Source of the DNA: a candidate division FCPU426 bacterium
Lineage (GTDB): Bacteria; Oederibacteriota; Muellerivitia; Muellerivitales; Muellerivitaceae
Assembly: GCA_963847625.1 (NCBI GenBank)
Contig: CAWKAR010000013.1
Location: 120,733 to 184,732 of the forward strand
Direction: 5' to 3'
DNA length: 64,000 bases
The notes under the pieces are model-generated. The model made no database searches. It was not told the DNA's origin and saw only the letters and a program-made list of their open reading frames with translations. This document shows positions 37,934 to 49,428 of this stretch, piece after piece. The stretch's first letter is position 1. Each line of letters begins with the position of its first letter. A program made the translations under genes and the position numbers.

Positions 37934-39253
37934 CTACTCGCCCCGATCCATCCGGATCAGGAGAGTTTCCTCCTGGATAAAAGGAAGGCCGTTGATCTTC
38001 TTCAAGGCTTCCTGGACGTTTTTCTCCAGGGCCTCGTAAGTCACAATCACGACCGGCACTTTATCGCCCTTCTTTTGCTCCTTCTGGATGACCGAAGCGA
38101 TGGAAATCTGGTGTTCCCCCAGGATACGAGAAATCGCCGAAAGCACTCCCACCTGATCCAAAACCGAGAATTTGAGGTAATAGCGGGATTTAACGTCGCC
38201 TATTTTCCGGATGCGCTTGATCTGGGAATCGTCGTTCACAAACCAGCAGTTGGATGTTTCGCCCGCCACGTTATCGTGGATGCTCCGGCTTACGTATATC
38301 AGGTCACTCATGACGCCCGAAGCCGTGGGCCTTTGGCCGGCGCCTAACCCGTAATACATGGTCGTTCCAATGAAATCTCCGGTCACCAGGACGCCGTTGT
38401 ACTCTCCGTCGACTTTAGCCAGCAAGTGGTCCTCTGGGATGAGGGTGGGATGCACTCGCACTTCCAACTCGTCCCCCTCCACTTCGGCAATGGCGAGTAG
38501 TTTTACGACCCGGCCGAACTCCTCCCGGGCGAACTCAATGTCCTGAAACGTGATTTTTTCAATTCCTTCCACGTAGATGTCCTCGGCTGAGACGCGTTTG
38601 GAGAAAGCCAGCGAGGCCAGGATGGATAGTTTATGGGCCGCGTCCATGCCGCTGATGTCTAGCGTCGGGTCGGCTTCGGCTAGGCCCTTTTTCTGGGCTA
38701 GAAGCAGGGCTTCCTTAAATGACTTTTTTTCCTCGGTCATCTTTTGAAGAATGAAATTGGTGGTACCGTTCAGGATGCCGTAGATGGAGGTGATGTTGTT
38801 GGCCGCCAGGCCGTCATTGATGGCTTGGATAACGGGAACTCCGCTACAGACCGAGGCCTCGAAATAGATGTCCACTTTGTGCTGGCGCGCGGTCTGGATG
38901 ATCTCGTCCCAATAGGTTGAAAGCATGGCCTTATTAGCGGTGACGATGTGCTTACCTCGGCGCATGGCGTCTAATAAAAAAGATCGCGCCGGTTCCAGGC
39001 CGCCGATGAGCTCCAAAACGATATCGATCTCGGGATCGGTGACGATCTCGTCGTAATTCGTGGACATCATTCCCTCGGGCAAGATGACTTCCCGAGGCCG
39101 GGTAATATCCTTATCCACTATCTTCTTGATACGCAAACCCGCGCCGATCTTTGCTTCGATAAGAGGGCGATTTTTTTCCAGCAGGCGGTACACTCCCTGC
39201 CCTATGGTCCCAAAGCCGATCATACCGATTTGAATTACCGACTTATCAGCCAT
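37934..39253 (-). CDS. hom: Homoserine dehydrogenase with ACT domain
   Basis: [43 protein letters not shown]. Confidence 0.96.
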   Translation of the reverse strand: MADKSVIQIGMIGFGTIGQGVYRLLEKNRPLIEAKIGAGLRIKKIVDKDITRPREVILPEGMMSTNYDEIVTDPEIDIVLELIGGLEPARSFLLDAMRRGKHIVTANKAMLSTYWDEIIQTARQHKVDIYFEASVCSGVPVIQAINDGLAANNITSIYGILNGTTNFILQKMTEEKKSFKEALLLAQKKGLAEADPTLDISGMDAAHKLSILASLAFSKRVSAEDIYVEGIEKITFQDIEFAREEFGRVVKLLAIAEVEGDELEVRVHPTLIPEDHLLAKVDGEYNGVLVTGDFIGTTMYYGLGAGQRPTASGVMSDLIYVSRSIHDNVAGETSNCWFVNDDSQIKRIRKIGDVKSRYYLKFSVLDQVGVLSAISRILGEHQISIASVIQKEQKKGDKVPVVIVTYEALEKNVQEALKKINGLPFIQEETLLIRMDRGE

Positions 39254-39307
39254 TCTTCGCTCCTCAAAACCGCAATGACTCGCCCCAGCTTCCTATGTTT
39301 AAATAGC

Positions 39308-39342
39308 AAAACGCCCCGGACCCATTGGGGTTGGGGCGTTTT
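39308..39342 (-). terminator. Intrinsic terminator-like hairpin upstream of hom
   Basis: AAAACGCCCC...GGGGCGTTTT. Confidence 0.55.
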
Positions 39343-39426
39343 ATTGAGGGATTTATAGATTATAGTAAAAGAAGGGTGCTTTCAACAAAAAGCCTGCCCT
39401 TTACTAAAAACAACACCATCCACCCG

Positions 39427-40596
39427 TCAAACCACCCCTTTGATACGTTTCAAGCCCTCTTGAATAGAATTCTCACTGGTGGCGTAGGACAACCGCAGAT
39501 ACTCTTCCACCCCGAAAGCAATGCCCGGTGTAATGGCTACCTTGGCCTTGTCCAGCAAATAGTCCGAGAGTTCCATGGAATTGGCCCGCCCCGGCTTGAA
39601 AAGCGCCTTCACGTTGGGGAATACATAGAAAGCTCCCGCGGGCTTGAGGCACTTTACTCCCGGAATATTGTTCAGTCCTTCCACAATGAGATCGCGTCGT
39701 TTTCTGAACACTTCCACCATTTTCTGGATCTCAGAATCCGGCATGGCCAGCGCCGCAACTCCAGCCTTTTGGACAATCGCGGTGGCATTGGACGTGGAAT
39801 GGCTTTGGAAATCCCCGATAATCTTCATCACCTTGGAGGGCCCGGCGGCATAACCTAGGCGCCAACCGGTCATGGCGTAGGACTTGGACATCCCGTTGAC
39901 AAGGATAGTTTGGGCCGCAACTTCCTTTGAAAGGGACGGGAAACAAACATGTTCCTCCCCATAAATGAGCTTACTGTAAATCTCGTCTGAGATAACCCAG
40001 ATTTTATGTTTTACAACCAACTCTGCGATTCCTTCCATAGCTTTGCGTCCCACCACTGCGCCCGTGGGATTGCTGGGGGAATTCAGGATGAGCACCTTGG
40101 TTCTGGGAGTGATCCTGGTCTTTAAGGCGTCAGGGGTCAATTTGAACTCGTTGGTTTCTGGGCAATTTACGAATACCGGCACGCCACCCGCAAATTTAAC
40201 CTGTTCGGGGTAACTCACCCAAAAAGGGGATGGAACCAATACTTCGTCTCCCGGATTAACCAGGGCCAGGAAAGCGTTATAGAGAGAATGCTTGGCCCCA
40301 CACGAAACGACGATGTCGCCCGGTTCGTATTGGACCTTGTATTGCTGGTTCAGGTATTGCCCGATGGTCTTTCGCAGTTCCAGGGTACCAGCCGCTGGCG
40401 TGTATTTATGATGTCCCTCATCAATGGCTTTTTTAGCCGCCTCACAGATGGGTATAGGGGTGTTGAAATCCGGTTCTCCCGCACCGAAGTTCAGAATATC
40501 CTGGCCTTCCTCCTTCAGTTTCTTGGCCTTGGCATCGATGGCCAGCGTCATCGATGGCGCGATTTGCTTCATTCTCTCGGCAATTTCCATTTTCAT
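39427..40596 (-). CDS. aspC: Class I PLP-dependent (aspartate) aminotransferase
   Basis: GEPDFNTP, NSPSNPTG, SDEIY, SKSYAMTGWRLGY. Confidence 0.88.
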   Translation of the reverse strand: MKMEIAERMKQIAPSMTLAIDAKAKKLKEEGQDILNFGAGEPDFNTPIPICEAAKKAIDEGHHKYTPAAGTLELRKTIGQYLNQQYKVQYEPGDIVVSCGAKHSLYNAFLALVNPGDEVLVPSPFWVSYPEQVKFAGGVPVFVNCPETNEFKLTPDALKTRITPRTKVLILNSPSNPTGAVVGRKAMEGIAELVVKHKIWVISDEIYSKLIYGEEHVCFPSLSKEVAAQTILVNGMSKSYAMTGWRLGYAAGPSKVMKIIGDFQSHSTSNATAIVQKAGVAALAMPDSEIQKMVEVFRKRRDLIVEGLNNIPGVKCLKPAGAFYVFPNVKALFKPGRANSMELSDYLLDKAKVAITPGIAFGVEEYLRLSYATSENSIQEGLKRIKGVV

Positions 40597-40648
40597 TCTC
40601 CCGTCTTAATATCACGAATCAACTTGGGTTGTTCTGTAAATATGTTTT

Positions 40649-41827
40649 TTACATAATTCTTTTCATGTTCCGCAAAGCCTGTCGAATCCGATCTTTGTTT
40701 TCCACTAGCGCGATCCGCACGTAACCCTCTCCCAGCTTGCCGAAGCCTGAGCCGGGTGACACAGCCGCCTCAGCTTCCCTCAGTAGTTTCACGGAAAAAT
40801 CCATAGAACTCAGGTGGGCGTACTTTTCCGGAATCTTGGCCCAGAGGTACATGGCAGCCCTGGGTTTTTCTACAGGCCAGCCCATCTTATTCATAGCGTC
40901 CGCCATGATGTCGCGGCGAAGTTGGTACTTGGCCGCCAGTTGCCGAAGGTTCTCTTCAGGGCTGTCCAAGGCAGTAATGGCGGCCACTTGGATAGGCGTG
41001 AAAATCCCGTAGTCCATATAGCTCTTGATCTTGGCCAGTGAGGCAATGACTTTGGCGTTACCCGCGGCGAATCCGACTCTCCACCCAGCCATGTTATAGG
41101 ATTTAGATAAGGTAAAAACCTCGACTCCGATCTCCTTGGCGCCGGGGGTGGCCAAGAAACTAGGCACCTTGTAGCCGTCGAAAACGATGTCAGCATAGGC
41201 CAGATCGTGCACCACCATCACCTGGTGTTTTTTGGCCCACTTGACGATATCCTTGAAAAACTGGCTGTCGACGCAGAGAGTTGTGGGGTTGTGGGGAAAG
41301 TTGATGATGAGCATTTTTGGTTTCGCGCCGGATTTGCGGGTAGCCTTTTCCAGGCGCCGAAGGAAATCCTCGGATCCGCCCATGATCGGAATGGTGACCA
41401 GTTTGCCTCCGGCAATGATCACGCTGTAATGGTGGATGGGATAGGTAGGATCGGGCACGAAAACCTGGTCTCCCCGGTTGATGACGGAGATCGCCAAATG
41501 GGCCAGGCCTTCCTTGGAGCCGATAACCGATACTGCCTCGGTCTTGGGGTCGATGGAAACGCCGTACTTGCGGTCGTACCAACGGGAAATGGCCTTCAGG
41601 AGGGCCGGAATACCCTTGGAAGTGGAATACCGGTGGGATTTTTTGTCCTGAATCACCTCCACCAACTTGTCCACGATCGGTTGGGGAGTAGCCCCGTCCG
41701 GATTGCCCATGGTGAAATCGATGATGTCGATGCCTTTTTGTCTCGCCGCCATCATTTCGGACTTTAATACTCCGAAGATATAGGGAGGAAATTTTTTGGT
41801 CAGATTGGATGCGGTTTGAATGGCCAT
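40649..41827 (-). CDS. Class I/II aminotransferase (AlaC / LL-DAP aminotransferase-like)
   Basis: PPYIF, MGNPD, IGSKEGLAH, NFPHNPT, HDLAY, SKSYNMAGWRVGF, SYMDYGIF. Confidence 0.88.
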   Translation of the reverse strand: MAIQTASNLTKKFPPYIFGVLKSEMMAARQKGIDIIDFTMGNPDGATPQPIVDKLVEVIQDKKSHRYSTSKGIPALLKAISRWYDRKYGVSIDPKTEAVSVIGSKEGLAHLAISVINRGDQVFVPDPTYPIHHYSVIIAGGKLVTIPIMGGSEDFLRRLEKATRKSGAKPKMLIINFPHNPTTLCVDSQFFKDIVKWAKKHQVMVVHDLAYADIVFDGYKVPSFLATPGAKEIGVEVFTLSKSYNMAGWRVGFAAGNAKVIASLAKIKSYMDYGIFTPIQVAAITALDSPEENLRQLAAKYQLRRDIMADAMNKMGWPVEKPRAAMYLWAKIPEKYAHLSSMDFSVKLLREAEAAVSPGSGFGKLGEGYVRIALVENKDRIRQALRNMKRIM

Positions 41828-41846
41828 GGAATCTACCCCAATATGA

Positions 41847-41880
41847 CATGAGCGCGAAGGGCGTTCCATTCGCGCTCATG
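41847..41880. other. Perfect 12-bp intergenic stem-loop
   Basis: CATGAGCGCGAA-N10-TTCGCGCTCATG. Confidence 0.6.
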
Positions 41881-41903
41881 TTTTAAGTAAGTGTCTTTAA
41901 GTT

Positions 41904-42824
41904 TTACAATTTTATTAGAGGAAGGCTCGCAAAGCGATAAAATTCTTTGGCACGCGCCGCCACCTTTTGCCGGGTAAGACGGGCGATGCTCCTCACCCCC
42001 ATCTCCTCCACCGTAAAAGAAGCGGTCAAGCTCCCCACCACAATAGCTTGCTTCAAGGTTTCCAGCGTTACTCTGCCCTGAAGGGCCAAGTAACCGATCA
42101 TCCCGCCTGCAAAGGTATCTCCCGCGCCCGTCGGGTCTACAACCCGTTCCAATAGGACGGCCGGGGAGGTGAAAACCCCATCCGGACCGATCAGCATTGA
42201 ACCGTGCTCACCTTTCTTGACTATGACCCGCTTCGGGCCCAGTTTCAAGACCGCTTGGGCGGCTTTCCGTAGATGGTGTTCTCCCGTCAGGAGTTTGACT
42301 TCCAGGTCGTTGAGCACCATCAAATCCACCTTTTCCATGACCTTGAAAAGTTCCTTGGGAGTCTTTTCGATCCAAAGTTCCCGAGTGTCCAGCATCGTGA
42401 ATTTGGGGTGGCGCATTTGTTTAAGTACATTCAATTGGAGAGCCGGATGAATATTGGCAAGGAACAAAAAGGGAATATGGCAGTCCTTATCCGGAATCTT
42501 GGGGTCGAATTGCGCGAAGACATTCAGTTCGGTCTTTAGCGTGTAAGCCACGTTCATGTCTTCCTTTTTATAATAACCCTTCCAGAAAAAGGTCTTTCCC
42601 TTGGCGCGGGAAAGACCGTCCAGGCCGATTTTCTTGGACTTCAGAAGCTTTAAATCCGAGGAATGAAAGTCTTCCCCCACCACGCCCACCAAATGGGTTG
42701 GCGCGAAAAGCGAGGAAGCTAGGCTGGCGTAAGTGGCTGAACCGCCCAAAGTGCGCTGGGTGGAACCGTAGGGTGTTTTCAAACCGTCATATGCGACCGA
42801 ACCAACGATCAAGACTTTGGGCAT
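41904..42824 (-). CDS. PfkB family carbohydrate/nucleoside kinase
   Basis: VGSVAYD, LGGSATY, VKKGEHG, DPTGAGDTFAGG. Confidence 0.92.
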   Translation of the reverse strand: MPKVLIVGSVAYDGLKTPYGSTQRTLGGSATYASLASSLFAPTHLVGVVGEDFHSSDLKLLKSKKIGLDGLSRAKGKTFFWKGYYKKEDMNVAYTLKTELNVFAQFDPKIPDKDCHIPFLFLANIHPALQLNVLKQMRHPKFTMLDTRELWIEKTPKELFKVMEKVDLMVLNDLEVKLLTGEHHLRKAAQAVLKLGPKRVIVKKGEHGSMLIGPDGVFTSPAVLLERVVDPTGAGDTFAGGMIGYLALQGRVTLETLKQAIVVGSLTASFTVEEMGVRSIARLTRQKVAARAKEFYRFASLPLIKL

Positions 42825-42842
42825 TTTTCTCTTCTTATTAAA

Positions 42843-43277
42843 TTATTCAGGATCGAAAAGAACGTATCCCCTGAAGGAGCAGAAAACCACGAACACCAAG
42901 ACCCCCAGGATGGCATCCCCCGTCAGCCGAAGGATCAGGGGATTATCCTCATGCTTGTTGCATTTCACCCTCAAACCGTGAGCCGTCTCACCGACGAAAT
43001 AATAATGTTTTTCATGGTCGTAGGTTTGAGGCTGCAAAAAACCTTCCTTCGCCAATACCGCCTCGTCGATTTCGTCATTAATGATTTTTTCCGGATGGGC
43101 TTTATTCCATTGGTTCACGGCTTTTTGAAGCGTGATTACCCGAGCGTAACAATCCAACTCTTCCTTGGGAATTAACGCTTGGCGCAATAGATAAACGGCC
43201 AGAAAAGTAAAGACGAAACAAAAACCATAGATCAAAAGCCCTTTATTCCAGGTTAGTTTTTCAGTTTTAGTTACCAT
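42843..43277 (-). CDS. Hypothetical membrane protein
   Basis: Two terminal TM segments around a soluble domain. Confidence 0.65.
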   Translation of the reverse strand: MVTKTEKLTWNKGLLIYGFCFVFTFLAVYLLRQALIPKEELDCYARVITLQKAVNQWNKAHPEKIINDEIDEAVLAKEGFLQPQTYDHEKHYYFVGETAHGLRVKCNKHEDNPLILRLTGDAILGVLVFVVFCSFRGYVLFDPE

Positions 43278-43335
43278 TCAAGTCCTCGATATTTCAAGAA
43301 GTATAGCAAAAGACCTGTCATTGTGATTTTTTTCC

Positions 43336-44454
43336 TCAGTTTTTCAAGCTGATCAGCGTCGGTCGGCGATTGGCGTAAGAGATGTTTAAAAGAACCCCGA
43401 TAGCAGCATAGCTGAAGACCAACGAGGAACCCCCATAGCTGATGAAAGGCAGGGTCAGTCCGGCCACCGGAATCAAACCGACCGTCATACCGACGTTCAC
43501 CACAACCTGCACTGCAAACATGCTGGCGATCCCCAGGGCCAGGAGCGAACCTTCACGATCCCTTGCCTTGTGGGCGATATCGAATGACTTTTGGATCATG
43601 GAATAATAGAGAACCAAGACTACCAGGCATCCGATGAAACCCAACTCCTCCCCCACGACTGAGAAGATAAAGTCCGTGTGATGCTCGGGGATGAAGGAAA
43701 GCTGGGTTTGGGTCCCCTGCAAATACCCCTTTCCGGAAAAGCCCCCGGAGCCGATGGCGATCACGGATTGGATGATATTGTAACCCGCCCCCAAGGGATC
43801 GTCCTGGGGGTTGAGGAAAACCTCCAGCCTCTCCTTCTGGTAGTCCTTCAAAAAATGCCAGATCAACGGGCAGGACGCCGTTCCCATGATGAACAGCCAA
43901 GCGAGCCAGCGGAGCCTGATCCCCCCCACGTACATTAAAATGATAGAAACCGGCACCAGTAAAAGAGCGGAACCAAGGTCCGGTTGTTTCAAAATGAGGA
44001 TCAACGGCAGTCCCAGCATTCCAAGAAGGTAAAAGAGGCTCTTGAGGTATAAAAGTTCCACCGTCCGGCTCCCGATATAACGGGCCAAAACGAGCAGTAC
44101 CGAAAGTTTCGCCAGCTCGGATGGCTGGTAGGAAAGAATTCCTAACTTGATCCACCTCTTGGCGCCGTTGGCTTCGTCGCCGATCGCAAATACGGCCACG
44201 AGGGAAATAATCGACACCCAATAAAAAATGTAGGACGCCTCGATCCAAAAGCGGTAATCGATTTTGGAAAAGAACCACATCACCACGAAAGAGATAAAAA
44301 ACCAGAAAAGTTGTTTTTTCCAAAGCCCGGCGATATCGGGATTGTGTGACGTCGCGGAATAAACTAGGAAAAAACCCACTACTGATAGCGCGAGGACTTC
44401 CGAAGCCAGAACCCAATCCATCCACTTGAAATAATTCTTAAAGGCATTCGCCAT
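43336..44454 (-). CDS. rodA: Rod shape-determining protein RodA
   Basis: GAKRWI, QPSELAK, QPDLG, GYNIIQSVIAIGSGG, PEHHTDFIF, LPFISYGGSS; follows mrdA. Confidence 0.95.
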   Translation of the reverse strand: MANAFKNYFKWMDWVLASEVLALSVVGFFLVYSATSHNPDIAGLWKKQLFWFFISFVVMWFFSKIDYRFWIEASYIFYWVSIISLVAVFAIGDEANGAKRWIKLGILSYQPSELAKLSVLLVLARYIGSRTVELLYLKSLFYLLGMLGLPLILILKQPDLGSALLLVPVSIILMYVGGIRLRWLAWLFIMGTASCPLIWHFLKDYQKERLEVFLNPQDDPLGAGYNIIQSVIAIGSGGFSGKGYLQGTQTQLSFIPEHHTDFIFSVVGEELGFIGCLVVLVLYYSMIQKSFDIAHKARDREGSLLALGIASMFAVQVVVNVGMTVGLIPVAGLTLPFISYGGSSLVFSYAAIGVLLNISYANRRPTLISLKN

Positions 44455-44550
44455 TTTTCACCCATCCATCCCCTTCATCGAAAAAATCGTAATGCAAACT
44501 TTCCGTAAACACGAGATGAAAATTTCCCGGTTTTCCTAACAACATCATCA

Positions 44551-46496
44551 TTAAGGTGCTACCCCCACGACCGGGGTTGGCGTGGCCGGTGGCGCTGTCG
44601 CCCCGGTTTCGGGCGTCGGTGTTTGCCAAGGCTCCACCTCCTGGCCAAAAGCCTGCTCCATTAATCTTTTGGCGATCGGAGCCGCCACGATCCCCCCTCC
44701 CCGCCGTTCTCTACCAATACGATGATCGCCAGCTTGGGATCCACCACCGGCGCATAAGCCGTGAACCATGCATGATTGTCCCCATGAGGATTCTCGGAAG
44801 TACCTGTTTTCCCCGCGATGCGTATTCCCCGAATGCGGGCTTTTTTTCCGGTCCCGCGATCGGAATTAACAACTTGCTCCATGCAGTCCTGGATGAAATG
44901 AAGATAGTCCAAATTGACTTCTGAATCTTGCAGCAACTCGGGTTGCTTCTCGAAAACCGTCCTGCCGGTCTTCTGGTCCACCACCCGATATATGAGGTGG
45001 GGACGGAAGATTTTCCCGTTCATGGCAATGCTGGAAGTCACATCCAGCATCTGTAACGGGGTCGTGAGGAGGTAGCCTTGCCCAATACTCATTTGGATGG
45101 TGTTACCCGGGAACCAGGGCATATGTTGGGTGCTTTCCTTCCAACGGGGGTTGGGCACGAGACCGGGGACCTCAGAATCCAAATCTACCCGGGTCTTTCC
45201 CCCCAAACCCAGATTCCGGGCTACGCGGTATATCTTATCAACCTTGACTAGGAGGCCCAATTGGTAGAAAAAAATGTCGCAGGACTCGATGACAGCGTTC
45301 TTCAGGTTCATCCACCCGTGGCCGGTGGTCCTCCAGCAGCGGTAGGGCCAAGTCTTGAACCAAAATATCCCCCGGCAAAGGAAAACCTTGTTCAGGTCGA
45401 TGACATTGTCTTCCAGGGCCGCTAGAGTCGTGATCAGCTTGAAGATCGACCCCGGGGGATATTGGCCTTGGATGGCCCTGTTTTCCAGGGGATGGGCTTT
45501 ATCCTTTATCAATTTGTTCCACTCACGATAGGAAATACCGCTAACAAAGTCATTTGGATCGAAGTTGGGCCTGCTGACCAACGCCAGGATCTCACCAGTT
45601 TGGGGGTTGTTGACGATAATGGAACCCACTTGGTCGCCCATCAAATCCTCAGCCAGTTTCTGGAGTTTCCAGTCGATGCTGAGCATGAGAGTCTGTCCCT
45701 GAATGGGGTCCTTATAGGCCAGGGTTCGCCGCTGGACACCGGAAGCATCCACTTCCACCTGGACACCGCCGTTCGTACCCCGGAGTATATTGTCATAGGT
45801 CCGTTCCACCCCTTTTTTCCCCACCCAATCTCCCACTGAATAACCAGAATCCTTCAACCGCAATAAATCCTCCTCGCTGATTTCACCGATGTGTCCCAGA
45901 ATATGGGAGGCCAATTCGCCGTGGGGATAATAGCGCTCCGGTTCCATCTGGACATAAACCCCTGGTAGGCGGACACGGTTTTCCTCAATCTGCGCGATAA
46001 GATCCTCGTCCAGGTGAGACTCCAGGCGGATAGGCTCGAACTTGCGAGTCTTTCGTCGGCTTTCCACCAGCATTTCCAGGGACGAAAGGGGTTCCCCCAA
46101 CAATTGGCTCAAGCGGAAAAGGGTGGACTCATAGGTCTTCAGGTTAGCCGGCACCAGGAAAACTGAATAGGTGGGCACATTCGTGGCAATGATTTCACCA
46201 TTGCGGTCCGTAATGATGCCCCGTGGCGCGCGGGCGGGAATGAGCCGCAGGCTGTTGGAATCCGACAGGCCCCTGTAAGTGGGATAATTGAGGATCTGGA
46301 GGTAAAACAGCTTCAGGAATATACCTAAAAAAGCAAGCAGGATAATCCCCAAGAGAAGGTTCATCTTACGATCGGAGGAACCCCCGAATTTCGAATTGGA
46401 TTTTCCTAGAACCACGCGGGTATCCGAAAAATTGAATTTCCAAGCGCTCGGCGGGAAAGAATCAATGGAAAACCCGGCAAAGGCAATACACGCCAA
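44551..46496 (-). CDS. mrdA: Penicillin-binding protein 2; 1-nt frameshift near the 3' end
   Basis: PGSIFK, ESCD, GKTGT motifs. The native C-terminus GIVAAPIAK... continues in another frame after the C6 run at 44692-44697. Start uncertain (46415 or 46496). Confidence 0.92.
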
Positions 46497-46613
46497 GGAC
46501 CACCAAGTAATGACATTTATAACAACCTCTCCGATAGGACAATTAAGTCTAGACTCTTCTCCCGTGGAAACGATTCGTCTTTTTTAACGCCTCTAGCCGG
46601 TATTCCTCGGTTA

Positions 46614-47096
46614 TTACGCGGTAGCAGGATCCTGTTTCCGCCGGCGGAAACGAACCACGAAAAAAGATACACCTAACCCCGCAATAGTAGTCATAAGAAC
46701 AGTTCGTACCAGGACACTCAAGGCGTCGGAAAAAGACGGTGCCGAACCATCCCACATTAAAATCCCCAAAATTAAAAGCTGGTGAATCAGTGACATAATA
46801 AAAATCAAAAAAGTTTGGGTTAAGGTTTTTTCCCGGTAAACATGTCGTTGGGCAAGAGAGGACAGTATCCCGGTGAGGGTCTTAGCGATCGTGTGGACAC
46901 CGATCCAACCCGCAGATAATAAATCTTCCGCCATACCCATAATAAACCCCCAACCAGCGGCCTTTGGAGCCGTGGTTCGCAATCCTACCAATATCACGAA
47001 AATCAAGGGAAGATCGATTCCCCATTCTGACACCCCTCCGACCTGTTGAAGGAATAAAAGGCTCAGTACCCATAAAATTTTCTTTGGTATTCTCAT
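46614..47096 (-). CDS. mreD: Rod shape-determining protein MreD
   Basis: Hydrophobic ~160 aa; IDLPLIFVI...GFIMGMAEDL; lies between mreC and mrdA. Confidence 0.85.
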   Translation of the reverse strand: MRIPKKILWVLSLLFLQQVGGVSEWGIDLPLIFVILVGLRTTAPKAAGWGFIMGMAEDLLSAGWIGVHTIAKTLTGILSSLAQRHVYREKTLTQTFLIFIMSLIHQLLILGILMWDGSAPSFSDALSVLVRTVLMTTIAGLGVSFFVVRFRRRKQDPATA

Positions 47097-47216
47097 TTCT
47101 TTTTCCTCAATGCCGACTTCCAAAAAGACTATCAAAAAGCGCGAAGGAACTTAACCCTATTTCGGGTATCCGGTTTATTCCTGGGAAAATCATATTTTTT
47201 TTGAATAAGCGAGTCC

Positions 47217-48050
47217 TCAATCCCCGATGGCGACCACCGGCTGGAGGATGAAAACGTAATCCAGTACACCCAAATCCACTGCCGGCGCCAATTCAATATC
47301 CGAATTCAATCCGTTTTCGGATGTTGTTTTCTTGAGGACCGTACCTAAAGCGTACCCTTTTGGATAGATGCCACCCAAACCGGAGGAGACAATGGGATCG
47401 CCGGCCTGGACATCTTCAGCAGCGCTCACATATCCATATTTCAACTGGTTACCCCCGCTGCCCAGGACAACACCGGTTACGCGGGAGCGGGTATCAATAC
47501 CGGCAATACTGGAACTGGTATCTGTAATCAACAGAACCCTAGAGTTCTTGGAGGATACATCAAGGATTCTTCCAACGATTCCCTGTTCGGTGATGACTGG
47601 TGAATCAGGTACAACCCCATCTTCCAACCCGGTGTCAATGACGAAGCTCTTATTCCATGTACTGGGATCATGGGCAATAATACGGGCAATCCGGGCCTGG
47701 TGGGGCAGTTTCGCCTTGATTTGCAGGACTTCCTGCAGACGCGCCAATTCAGACTCAATGGATCGATGGTTTGAAAGCTCAAGCCGCAAGGACTGGTTTT
47801 CCAATTGAAGTCTGGCAACTTCCTGCCTTAGGTGGCCTAATTCCAAAATTGCAGTCAGAACATTTTCAGGAATAGCAATGACCCAGCTTACGGATTTTTG
47901 AACCGGCAGCCAGAGGACCAGGGAGAGATTTTTAAGAGCGTGGTGCTCCGATTTGGGATGGGTGTTCCGGTAAACGAGAATCCAAAGGCAGGCCAGCAAT
48001 AGGAACACGAGAAAAAAGCGGGAAAGGTTTCGCAGTAAAAATTTCAGCAT
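47217..48050 (-). CDS. mreC: Rod shape-determining protein MreC
   Basis: TM + coiled coil; GIVGRI..V....SRVLLITD; VSSGLGGIYPKG. Confidence 0.95.
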   Translation of the reverse strand: MLKFLLRNLSRFFLVFLLLACLWILVYRNTHPKSEHHALKNLSLVLWLPVQKSVSWVIAIPENVLTAILELGHLRQEVARLQLENQSLRLELSNHRSIESELARLQEVLQIKAKLPHQARIARIIAHDPSTWNKSFVIDTGLEDGVVPDSPVITEQGIVGRILDVSSKNSRVLLITDTSSSIAGIDTRSRVTGVVLGSGGNQLKYGYVSAAEDVQAGDPIVSSGLGGIYPKGYALGTVLKKTTSENGLNSDIELAPAVDLGVLDYVFILQPVVAIGD

Positions 48051-48126
48051 AATTCAGCCAACGGTCCGCCGATTGGAATGGGCCACCCGCACAGTTGGGC
48101 GGTCGTTGGTCGAGTCGGCTGCCTTA

Positions 48127-49167
48127 TCAGTTGTAATCCTTTTCGAGAACGGATATGCGTTTTAAAAAGTCCATGGACCTGTCCAAAAGGTGGCCTGCTC
48201 CCATGGCCACCGCGGTCGTGGGGTCGTCGGCCAGATTGACAGGGACTCCCGTTTCATCCCGGAGTCGCTCATCCAGGTTCTTCAGTAAGGAAGTCCCGCC
48301 AGCCAGGATAATGCCCCGGTCAACGATGTCCGACGCCAGTTCAGGAGGGGTTCTTTCGAGGGTCATCTTGATGGTCTCGATGATGGGAGCCAGGGGCTCT
48401 TCCAGGGCTCCCCGGACTTCCTCAGAGGTCAATTCGATAGTCTTGGGAAGACCCGTCACCAAATCCCGGCCTTTGATCTGCATACGCAATTCCTGCTCCA
48501 ATGGGAAGGCGGACCCGATCTGGATCTTGATATCCTCCGCGGTTCTTTCCCCAATCAGGATATTATAAGTTTTTTTAATGTAATTGATGATGGCCTCGTC
48601 CAACTCGTCGCCCGCCACTCGGATGGATTTGCCATAAACCACGTCGCCCAAGGATATGACCGCCACTTCAGTGGTACCTCCGCCGATATCAACAATCATG
48701 TTGCCCTGGGGTTCGGCAATCGGCATTCCGGCTCCGATGGCGGCGGCCATGGGTTCCTCCACCAAGTACACCTCCCTGGCTCCTGCTTGTTCGGCGGAAT
48801 CCCGGACGGCTCTTTTTTCAACCTCGGTGCAACCCGAGGGGATGGCCACCACAATGCGCGGGCGGATCAAGGACCTGCGGTTATGAACCTTGGAAATGAA
48901 AAAGCGCAACATGCGTTCGGTCACTTCAAAATCGGCGATGACGCCGTCTTTCATGGGCCGGATAGCTACGATGGAACCCGGGGTCCGGCCCAGCATGAGT
49001 TTGGCGTCGTTACCGACCGCGAGAATTTGATTGGAACTTTTATGAACCACGACGAGGGAAGGTTCTTGGAGGACTATTCCCCGGCCCTTGACATAAACCA
49101 GCGTTGTGGCTGTTCCCAGGTCGATGGCGACATCGCTGGAAAAAAGGCCGAGTAGAAAATTAAGCAA
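48127..49167 (-). CDS. mreB: Rod shape-determining protein MreB
   Basis: [51 protein letters not shown]. Confidence 0.98.
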   Translation of the reverse strand: MLNFLLGLFSSDVAIDLGTATTLVYVKGRGIVLQEPSLVVVHKSSNQILAVGNDAKLMLGRTPGSIVAIRPMKDGVIADFEVTERMLRFFISKVHNRRSLIRPRIVVAIPSGCTEVEKRAVRDSAEQAGAREVYLVEEPMAAAIGAGMPIAEPQGNMIVDIGGGTTEVAVISLGDVVYGKSIRVAGDELDEAIINYIKKTYNILIGERTAEDIKIQIGSAFPLEQELRMQIKGRDLVTGLPKTIELTSEEVRGALEEPLAPIIETIKMTLERTPPELASDIVDRGIILAGGTSLLKNLDERLRDETGVPVNLADDPTTAVAMGAGHLLDRSMDFLKRISVLEKDYN

Positions 49168-49428
49168 GACAAACCCCTTTTTCAGGTCGATATTTCAAAC
49201 GGGTAATCCCCAAGTAATAGCCGAAAGCATCATGCTAATAACTCTTGCACGTTCCATAAATAAACCCGTTCGAAAAACCGGGAAATAAAAAAAACCCATT
49301 AAATACGGGCTTTTTGAGGCATTAGTTTAACACAGAGGTGGGGAGAGTCCAATATTTTTCAAAGAATGCCTAATTTTAGGGGCTGAAGAGTGAATTTTGG
49401 ATTGTTTTGGCCAATTAGAGTGCAGGAA

